Below, in pieces: positions 1 to 7,666 of a DNA stretch of 8,547 bases. Below the pieces are notes generated by a model that saw only the letters and a list, made by a program, of their open reading frames with translations, searched no databases and was not told where the DNA came from. This stretch comes from Caecitellus pseudoparvulus. Taxonomy: Eukaryota; Protista; Bigyra: Bicosoecida. The translations under genes and the position numbers were made by a program. The DNA is taken from the NCBI GenBank assembly GCA_965644315.1, contig CBFFRQ010000112.1, positions 1-8,547 of the forward strand, written 5' to 3'. The stretch's first letter is position 1; every line of letters starts with the position of its first letter.

Positions 1-69
1 GCGGTTGAAAATAGGAGGCTGCAATGCAATGAACTTCCTTATTCCAGAGTGAGACTGAAGTGCATTCGA

Positions 70-1233
70 CTATCCACTGCACATGCATATTTTGGGTGCG
101 TATGAGACCGGAGTATCTTGCATGGAGCACTTCATGCCTCGGGGTGGTGCGGGAGGGCAAGATCTTACAAATGGGGAATGGAGAACGTACAAGTCTTCAA
201 GGCTAGTGAGGCTGTCAAAGATACCCAATGGCAGGTCCAACAAAGCAGTGTTGTTGTGAAGGTCGAGGTATGTTACGTTCTTAAGGCCGCCAAACACATC
301 TGGCCGAAGGCTGGTCAGAGCGGTGTGGTCAAACAAAAAAAGTGACTCGAGGCTGATGAGCTTCTCAAACAAACCCGGAGGCAAGCTGGTCAGGGCATTG
401 TTTCCGCGCATGAAAAGAGAAGTGAGGTTTGTGAGGTTGTCGAAGACACCTGGCGACAGGCTTGTCAGGGCAATGTTGTCAGTCAGCCGTAGTGACTTGA
501 GGTTGGCGAGATTGTCAAACACGCCTAACGGCAGGCTTGCCAGTGCATCGAAGCTGTCCAGGTCCAGGTATGTGAGGCTCGTGAGGCTGTCGAACAAGCC
601 CGAAGGGAGGCTGGAAATGGCGGTGTCCGTGCTAAGCTGCAAGGATGTTAAGTTTGAGAGCTTTTCAAAAACGTCCGACGCAAGGCTGGGTAATGCATGG
701 CTTTCATACAGAATGAGGTTGAGTAGGCTGGGAAGGCGGTCAAAAACGCCAGGTGGCAAGCTTGTCAGATCATTGCCTCCCATATAAAGAGATGTGAGGC
801 TTGTCAGGTTATCAAACACGCCTGGCGGCAGATTTATCAGGGCAGAATTGCTCCTCAGTTGCAGGTTTGTCAGTCTGCTGAGGCCTTCAAACACGCCAGG
901 CTGCAGCATGTTCAACGCCGGGTTATCGTTCAAGTTCAGGTGCGTCAAGCTGACGAGACCGACAAACGCGCCCCTCGGCAAACTTGTCAGTGCAGTGTTG
1001 CAGAAAATGTCCAGGGTATCGAGGTGAGAGAGGCTTTCAAAAGCATTTGGGCTGATTGTTGAAAAAGTGCTGCCCGTCAAGACTAAGCGTTCATCCTCAC
1101 ACGAGGAGCACCTTGTCAAGGTACCGTTCTCCACCACACAGCATGCAGGCACGTCAGCCATCACCCCGGCCCAAAGGCTCGCCAACCACACCAACCAAAG
1201 CACTTCCCTCCACCTGGCCACCTTTATGAACAT
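70..1233 (-). CDS. Secreted/cell-surface leucine-rich repeat protein (signal peptide, Cys-rich N-cap, about 12 LRRs); 3' end probably spliced near 190 and continuing beyond the window
   Basis: Lies within ORF 70..1683. The likely start is ATG at 1233 (MFIKVARWREVLWLVWLASLWAGVMA, signal-peptide-like); an alternative is ATG at 1254. It is followed by CCVVENGTLTRCSSC and repeats of LxxLxLxxNxALTSLPPGVFDxLxx: ten 25-aa units, one 24-aa unit, plus a first and a partial last unit. Several N-glycosylation sequons are present (NGT, NLT, NVT, NNT). LRR periodicity stops abruptly at LEDL|YV, where a GTACGT donor-like site begins at 190. The first 150 codons of the ORF do not look like part of the protein. 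Confidence 0.88.
   Translation of the reverse strand: MFIKVARWREVLWLVWLASLWAGVMADVPACCVVENGTLTRCSSCEDERLVLTGSTFSTISPNAFESLSHLDTLDIFCNTALTSLPRGAFVGLVSLTHLNLNDNPALNMLQPGVFEGLSRLTNLQLRSNSALINLPPGVFDNLTSLTSLYMGGNDLTSLPPGVFDRLPSLLNLILYESHALPSLASDVFEKLSNLTSLQLSTDTAISSLPSGLFDSLTSLTYLDLDSFDALASLPLGVFDNLANLKSLRLTDNIALTSLSPGVFDNLTNLTSLFMRGNNALTSLPPGLFEKLISLESLFLFDHTALTSLRPDVFGGLKNVTYLDLHNNTALLDLPLGIFDSLTSLEDLYVLHSPFVRSCPPAPPRGMKCSMQDTPVSYAPKICMCSG
191..1090 (-). repeat. Diverged coding tandem repeat, about 75-bp period (LRR units)
   Basis: Motifs such as gcttgtcag and tcaaacacgcc recur on the + strand at about 75-bp spacing, matching 25-aa LRR units. Units are substantially diverged at the DNA level. 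Confidence 0.85.
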
Positions 1234-2644
1234 TCCCCCACTCACAACTGGCATGCCTGGGCGGCTTTTTGCGTTGATTCGCTGAGATGCACCCGACACC
1301 GTGTCAACGTGTCTCACTCCCGAGCCACCACGGTCACTCGCCATGCTCCCAACGGAGTCCAAGCATCCTTTCAGGTGGTCATAGGCACACAAAATGCCAT
1401 GAACACTGGAAGGGGTCGATTCTCCGCGCTCTTGGAACTGCGTACACACTGTCGGAAGTACTTTCCACAGGCACGAGATGCCCAGTTTCTGCGTGCCCAA
1501 GCAAAGCTCATGAGGTTCAGCTTTGTGCAAGGCAACTGACAGTGGGATGGTAGACTCACGTCCACACCCTTCATGACTCCTCTCGCTTGAGTCTTTGACC
1601 GTTTCGTCTTGGCGTCTCGATGGAGTGACAAGGTACGTTGCACCAACTAACACGTTAGAGCCACATCTGCACTTGATATCCAAGGGGGGCGGGTTGGCTG
1701 GGATACTGAACGGAAACGGTTTTTGTCTTGGGCGTGAAGTGGCAGAGCGACTTTTTCGCGGTGTTAGCTGCTCGGAAGGTGTCGCTGAGGGGGGTCAGAT
1801 CAAGCGAGCATTGGGGTGGAATCGTTTCGTTCGATAAACAGGTTGACCTTCAGTTCCCATGAATGGGAGATATACACAGGCAGGCTACCCTGTGCGAAAT
1901 ATATCCCACCTCTTCAACATGATTGGACACTGCCGCTCTTGAACCTGTACGCCTGCCACTCTGCTGCGCTGATATGGCAATCCGATGCAAATGCGCAAAC
2001 TACATCCGGTACCCTATGATTGTGTGAGCGAATGAGGCACACTCTAGTGGTTCGTGGCAACCCCCTCTACCAATGCAAGAAGACACAGAGGGGGCCACAT
2101 GGCCCCTCTTGCCTCATTGCGTTTGAAGAGTGTTGAGTGATAGTCGCGGTGACCAAACTGTCCTGGCAACGGCTTTGTTTGGGTACCAAAGCAATGCATA
2201 GTGGAGTGGGAGTGTGTGCAGTTTGCGGGCCGTTGGGTCGAAGATCAGCACGCATTTCTCCCTATTGAGACGCTGCACCATAAAGAAAAGTCACTGCCAT
2301 TTTTTTCTGGTACCAGCAATCCAAATGGATTCATCGAAGTCATCCTGCCCAAAGCATGCCTTGGGACGGTGTCGCTCCCGCCATAGAGCGCTACACAGAG
2401 TTGGTGTGGCGTTTCGGCTTTCTTCACCACGACAATCCACGGAGCCTGCTATATCTCTGCAATGGGCTGCACCCCACTAGATCTGAACTACTGAGAGGTC
2501 CGTTACATGAAGGTTGTTTGATGAAACGTTGAATAATTCTGCAAGTGTGTCAGACCACGCGTCTAGCCTCGGGGTCCTGGCTGGCCTGTGTGTCGATGAA
2601 ACTCCCTTCATCCAGCTGAAGAGCCGGTGGCCCTGCTCCAGCCC

Positions 2645-5440
2645 TCAGCAGCGCGCACGCTTGGCACTCAGCTGGCTGAGACCATGTTGCCTTACTCGCT
2701 TTCCCCGCTGGGTGAACTGCTCTTCTTCTTGCTGCACCAAGCTGGCCACCCGCTTGACCTGGCCGACAGTGGCGTGAGCAGCGGAGGCGATGCGGGACGC
2801 TGCTGTGTTGGGGCTGTACTTGGCAGTCATGGTTTCGTGCGCCTCCCGCTCCTCCATGATCAGTCGGTGAATGTCTAGTTCATACTTTGGCGTGCCAGGC
2901 GAGCTGGCCTTGTGGTAGCAGGGGCAGGCCAGAGGCCACAGCATCCTCAAACGTGCGAAGGGCAGGCGCATCCGGGCAGCTCTGCAAAGCTGCTGTCAGG
3001 GTGCCTCGAGCAAAGCCACCCACTTCACCAGTCAGTTCAGAGCAAAACTCTAGAGTGGCTGCAACGTCTTGAGACTTGCTGTGTGTCTCTTCCTGCCGTC
3101 GTTCATCGCCCGCATACTTTGACAGCAGCTTGGCAGCAGTGGCCTGGATCTTCTCCACCCAGTACAGCGTCAGATTCAGGTCGGCGACATCCGGGCGAGT
3201 GGATGTGCCTGCTGACACCATGTGCCGCATGCCTGAGTGCAGGCTCTCATTGCCCCCGGTGGTGGTGGCGCCGTGCACCGCGTCACGCCCATCCAGCAAG
3301 CCTTGGAGCCCCACATCGTTCTGCAATGACGCCTTGACCCGAGCACGAACGGCGGGGAAGGAGGACTTGGGATCCAGGATGCCGCGTGTGATGCGGCCTT
3401 ACACGGCGGTGCCTGCACCACCCCGCGATGAAGGCGCCCACACCCGGCGAAACAGGCTTGCAGTGCGCTCCAGTGCCGTTGAGGCCTGCTTGCGAGCGCA
3501 GGGCCCAATGTGAAGGGGAAGAATGGGCACCCCGCCTGGGTGCAGCCCAGCCTGAGTTGGTGTGAAGTGGTCTCCTCGGTACCGACGGAGCAGCATGCCT
3601 GCGGCAGCGGCACAGGCAGCAGCCAGAGCGAGGGGGACGTGCTTGCGAAGCCTTGCAGCAGCCCCAACTGCACGCCCTGGCCCATACAGGGCCCACCCAT
3701 AGGCTGTGAGGAATGCCTGGACTCGTGCCTTCTGGGGGTCTGACAGGGTCTTGCGTTGCAAGATTCGGCAGGCGCAGTCGATGAAGGCCTGGATGTCAGC
3801 AGGCTCAGCAGAGTTCAAGGCGGCTCGTTGCTGAGCAACGGCATCCTCTGACAGGAGCAACTTGGGAGACACCACGCCCAGTGCAGGCGTCCGGATCCAC
3901 TCCACTGTGTCGAACCACAGCTTGATGAAGAGTGGACCATCTTGGTGCATGGCTCGCTTGGGAATGGCCTTGGCCACGCGGCTGGCGAAGTGCCACGGGT
4001 CCACGGCGAAGCGCACCACGCCTTTCCGCAGAAGTGGGAAGTGCACGTCGATGATTGCCTGCAGGGCGTGTTGATGGGTCCTGAGGTTGTCCACTGATGA
4101 CGCTGGGGTGGGACGCCGCCGGGCCGCGCTCCCGCAGGCGTCCCTTCAGCCTGTGCAGCACTAAGACCAGGACCCAGGCCAAGTTTGCCGCGCTTTCGTA
4201 TCCCGTAAACATGGGAGGCTGCAGGATGAAGCAGTACCGGCCCACATCCGTGGCTATGCAGGGAGCCACTCACCACCGAGTCTTGCCTGTGGCCCGTGAG
4301 GCCCCCCCCTCCGCTGCCCGCACTGGCTTCCTCTTCTGCACCCTTGACGCAGTCGCTGTCGCTGTCGCTGTCGCTGTCGTTGTCACTGCGTTCTTCCCCA
4401 TCTAGCTCATCTTCAGGCTCTCCATCGCCCAGCTCGAGCTGTGTGCTCGCTGGCGCAGCTCTGGCCCTGCGCAGTGGCTGTGGGCCTGCGACGTGCACCC
4501 GGGTCGAAGATGCAAAGGTCCAGTCCACGCTGATGGTGTCAGCGAAGCGTGCGAGGGCCTGTAGGTACCCCTCCAAATGCGGCTTGACAGCGGCATGGTA
4601 GACGTGCAGGATGTCATCCCGCACAGCATTCACGATTGTGCTGCATCGCACATTGCCCACAACATGCTTTCTGGCTCGGTGCACGGCTTGGGCCAGCGCA
4701 TATTGCACCCCAGGGCGTTCACCGAGAGGCGTACTTTTTGAACAGCTTCTCTTTCCAGGAGTCTACCTTGTCCTCGAAGGGCCGCATGAGGTCTCGCCAG
4801 AAGGCTGCCTGCACCTTGTCCATGCCTTCGCGGCGGGGCATGACGGAGCTCTCCCACAGGCGAATGGCTCGCACGATGTACACAGTGAGGTGTGTCAGTG
4901 GGTGAGGGTCTTGCAATCGACGACATTGGGTGGAGGCTGCCAGTGGATGGCTACGCCGGCAGCGCGGAGTCAACGCCGTGCTGGGCTGGGCCATGGCTTG
5001 AACTGCCGCAGTGTGGCAAGTGGCAGCTTGAAGAATGGAAAGACGCCCACATGTGCTCCTTTCGCACGCAAATCTTTCGCCATCGCTGGGGAATCCTGGC
5101 AGTATTGGGTGGATGGGTATTTCGCGTGGCGTTCCTTGACCATGAGTGTGGCCATCCTTGGTGTGGCTCGCAAACTCGCTGCTGGAGACGTTTTCAACTT
5201 TGGCTTGGTTTACATGCCAGTCCTGTTCATGCGCGCTCCTGGCGTCCCTCTTCGGCCCATTTCCCCGTCGGTCTTGCCCTGCCACAGCTTCAAGCATAAG
5301 GCCAGGCTGGACACATTCTCCACCTTGGCACAAATGAAAACAAACCATTCCGTGGGGGACAGAAATTCAGCTTTGAAAGCATCATACAGTGAAATTGTTC
5401 GCTCGCTATCGGTGTGAGCCCGTCTACCCGAGCCCTGCAT
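2645..5440 (-). pseudogene. Disrupted DDE transposase, Zisupton/Dileera-like (Mutator-like DxxH class)
   Basis: Consecutive minus-strand ORF fragments in three frames give ordered RNase-H-fold motifs: TISVDWTF (D at 4523-4525); APCIATDVGRYCFILQPPMFTGYESAANLAWVL; PSVIS/VDN (D at 4089-4091); VRFAVDPWHFASRV (DPWH at 3990-4001), followed by HQDGPLF; and TTTGGNESLHSGM (E at 3246-3248). It is interrupted by frame changes near 5250, 4725, 4305, 4094 and 2890 and by in-frame stops at 4270-4272 and 3399-3401. Ends are approximate. Confidence 0.72.
4352..4387 (+). repeat. (GTCGCT)n hexamer microsatellite encoding a Asp-Ser tract on the minus strand
   Basis: Four perfect GTCGCT copies plus GTCGTT and GTCACT; translates as SDNDSDSDSDSD in ORF 3815..4708. 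Confidence 0.9.
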
Positions 5441-5704
5441 CAGGAGGTGGTGCGTGTCGCATTCGCTTGTCGCGAGTGGTTGCGATAAACGCCCAAGTGC
5501 TTCCCTCAGGGTCTTTGCACAACCACTAACATAGGAGCAGAATCTGCATGTTTACAGGCTTGACATCGTCCTCGTTCCACGTCTTCCCCTGCTGCGTACC
5601 TGTTGCTCTTCCTCGCGACATCACAGAGTTTCACCTCCGTGAGCCTGGCACTAGCTGTGGCTTCAACTTCAACGTCGGCCACTGGCATCCTGGCGTCTCC
5701 CACC

Positions 5705-7666
5705 ATGACAACCTGTAATGTCCAATTTCGTTTATACTGCCAGTGGGGTGAAGCTTGTCGTTTCGGCGATGCGGATCAACTATGGCAAATATTGCAGCAA
5801 CCTTTCGCAAAGACTGTAAATGTGCCTTTCGCACTGGCGAGATCAAACACAACAGATGGGTTTCAAGTTGCGTGCACAAAGGGCCATTTGGAGCTGATGT
5901 CTGGTTTGCTGGCTATGGCAGGTGGACTGGCAGTGGATGTACACGCCAGTGATAGTCATGGTCCTGAGGCCGCCTTCCGAAAGGCATGCGCTAATGGTCA
6001 CACAGACATCGTGCGTGTGCTGCTGGGCCTGACTGGGGCGCGGGAAGTGAATGTGCACGCGGCGGATAAGGATGGACCTGAGGCCGCCTTCCGAAAGGCA
6101 TGCGCAAATGGTCACACAGACATCGTGCGTGTGCTGCTGGGCCTGACTGGGGCGCGGGAAGTGAATGTGCACGCGGCGGATAAGGATGGACCTGAGGCCG
6201 CCTTCCGAAAGGCATGCGCTAATGGTCACACAGACATCGTGCGTGTGCTGCTGGGCCTGACTGGGGCGCGGGAAGTGAATGTGCACGCGGCGGATAAGGA
6301 TGGACCTGAGGCCGCCTTCCGAAAGGCATGTCGTAGGGGCAACACAGACGTTGTGTGTGAGCTGTTGGGCCTGTCTGGAGCTCGGGAAGTGGATGTGCAT
6401 GCGGTAGCTTGGGGAAGACCCGAGGCCGCCTTCAGTTTGGCATGCTCCGGTGGCCACACAGACATCGTGCGCGAGCTGCTGGGCCTGACTGGGGCGCGGG
6501 AAGTGGATGTGCACGCGGCGGATAGGGATGGACCTGAGGCCGCCTTCCGAAAGGCATGTCGTAGGGGCCACCTCAACATCGTGCGTGAGCTGCTGGCCTT
6601 GACTGGGGCGCGGGAAGTGGATGTGCACGCGGCGGATGGGAGTAGGCCTGAGGCCGCCTTCCGACTGGCATGTGAGAGTGGCCGCACAGACATCGTGCGC
6701 GAGCTGTTGGCTCTCACTGGGGCGCGGGAAGTCGATGTACACGCAAGGGATCATTGGGGACCAGAGGCTGCCTTCCGGCGAGCATGCATTAGGGGCTATG
6801 TTGACATCGTGCGCGAGCTGCTGGCTCTCACTGGGGCGCGGGAAGTCGATGTACATGTGGCAGACGAGGACGGGCCTGACGCTGCCTTCCGACAAGCATG
6901 TGAGTGTGGTCAGATTGAAGTTGTGCGCGAGCTGCTGGCTCTCACTGGGGCGCGGGAAGTCGATGTACACGCAGGGGACCGCAGAAGGCCCGAGTCTGCC
7001 TTCCGACAAGCATGTGAGCGTGGTCAGATTGAAGTTGTGCGCGAGCTGCTGGCTCTCACTGGGGCGCGGGAAGTCGATGTACACGCAGGGGACCGCAAAA
7101 GGTCTGAGGCTGCCTTCCGGCGAGCATGTGAGTGTGGTCAGATTGAAGTTGTGCGCGAGCTGCTGGCTCTCACTGGGGCGCGGGAAGTCGATGTACATGC
7201 AAGGGACCGCAGTGGTTCTGAGGCTGCCTTCCGGCGAGCATGTGAGTGTGGTCAGATTGAAGTTGTGCGCGAGCTGCTGGCTCTCACTGGGGCGCGGGAA
7301 GTCGATGTACATGCAAGGGACCGCAGTGGTTCTGAGGCTGCCTTCCGGCGAGCATGTGAGTGTGGTCAGATTGAAGTTGTGCGCGAGCTGCTGGCTCTCA
7401 CTGGGGCGCGGGAAGTCGATGTACATGCAAGGGACCGCAGTGGTTCTGAGGCTGCCTTCCGGCGAGCATGTGAGTGTGGCCGGATTGACGTTGTGCATGA
7501 GCTGTTGGGGCTTACTCGGCACCGAGCCATCCCAGCTCAAGTTTTGCACAAAAAAGGTGAGTCCATTGCACAAGCTGCGCGCGATGCAGTGTGGGTTGGC
7601 ACCAGCACTCGGCTCGGGCGGCGTGCGATGCTCCTGCTGAGGTCTCGCAGTGCGGGGCAAGCGTGA
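5705..7666 (+). CDS. Ankyrin-like repeat protein, 653 aa, with 38-aa repeats
   Basis: The first in-frame ATG is at 5705 (caccATGa context) in ORF 5603..7666, ending at TGA. There are two degenerate N-terminal units, then 13 full and one partial unit of GPEAAFRxACxxGHxDIVRELLALTGAREVDVHAxDxx. This aligns with the ankyrin consensus G.TPLH.AA..GH.EIV..LL..GA.VN, with an insertion after helix 2. The C-terminus is basic (RLGRRAMLLLRSR). Confidence 0.92.
   Translation: MTTCNVQFRLYCQWGEACRFGDADQLWQILQQPFAKTVNVPFALARSNTTDGFQVACTKGHLELMSGLLAMAGGLAVDVHASDSHGPEAAFRKACANGHTDIVRVLLGLTGAREVNVHAADKDGPEAAFRKACANGHTDIVRVLLGLTGAREVNVHAADKDGPEAAFRKACANGHTDIVRVLLGLTGAREVNVHAADKDGPEAAFRKACRRGNTDVVCELLGLSGAREVDVHAVAWGRPEAAFSLACSGGHTDIVRELLGLTGAREVDVHAADRDGPEAAFRKACRRGHLNIVRELLALTGAREVDVHAADGSRPEAAFRLACESGRTDIVRELLALTGAREVDVHARDHWGPEAAFRRACIRGYVDIVRELLALTGAREVDVHVADEDGPDAAFRQACECGQIEVVRELLALTGAREVDVHAGDRRRPESAFRQACERGQIEVVRELLALTGAREVDVHAGDRKRSEAAFRRACECGQIEVVRELLALTGAREVDVHARDRSGSEAAFRRACECGQIEVVRELLALTGAREVDVHARDRSGSEAAFRRACECGQIEVVRELLALTGAREVDVHARDRSGSEAAFRRACECGRIDVVHELLGLTRHRAIPAQVLHKKGESIAQAARDAVWVGTSTRLGRRAMLLLRSRSAGQA
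5960..7516 (+). repeat. Coding tandem array of 114-bp units (13 full + 1 partial)
   Basis: Unit starts fall exactly every 114 bp from 5960 (6074, 6188, 6302 ... 7328, 7442) with no indels. Units 1-3 are nearly identical to each other, as are units 11-13. Confidence 0.97.

Larger units (their letters stand above)
2645..5600 (-). mobile_element. Degenerate DNA transposon remnant (termini not resolved)
   Basis: Inferred from the transposase pseudogene. No convincing TIR/TSD pair was found by eye, so the boundaries reflect only the coding remnant. Confidence 0.55.

Noticed and set aside
118-1285. Plus-strand ORFs overlapping the LRR gene
   Set aside because: They are antisense shadows of the repetitive LRR coding sequence.
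1255-1683. N-terminal 143 codons of ORF 70..1683
   Set aside because: It has a non-ATG start and no recognisable features, and a signal peptide begins only at the downstream Met. It is probably UTR or intron sequence.
2088-2108. Short GC hairpin GGGGCCA-CA-TGGCCCC as a terminator
   Set aside because: The stem is short, there is no U-tract, and the context is eukaryotic.
3399-3401. Stop-codon reassignment explaining the in-frame TAA/TGA codons
   Set aside because: The two intact genes contain no internal stops, and the same region also has frameshifts, so pseudogenisation is the simpler explanation.
4611-5417. 268-aa plus-strand ORF and other plus-strand ORFs across 2500-5400
   Set aside because: They are antisense to the transposase remnant in GC-rich DNA and have no recognisable motifs. 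The synonymous AKVENVSS repeat supports the minus strand as coding.
5960-7516. CRISPR-like appearance (constant segments alternating with variable ones)
   Set aside because: The period is an exact codon multiple, the variable parts are homologous to each other, the array is an open reading frame, and there are no cas genes.
5843-7660. 605-aa antisense ORF and overlapping ORFs 6621..7640 (+) and 6226..6717 (-)
   Set aside because: These are shadows of the 114-bp repeat: a stop-free unit repeated gives long ORFs in other frames. Only the ankyrin frame has a recognisable fold.
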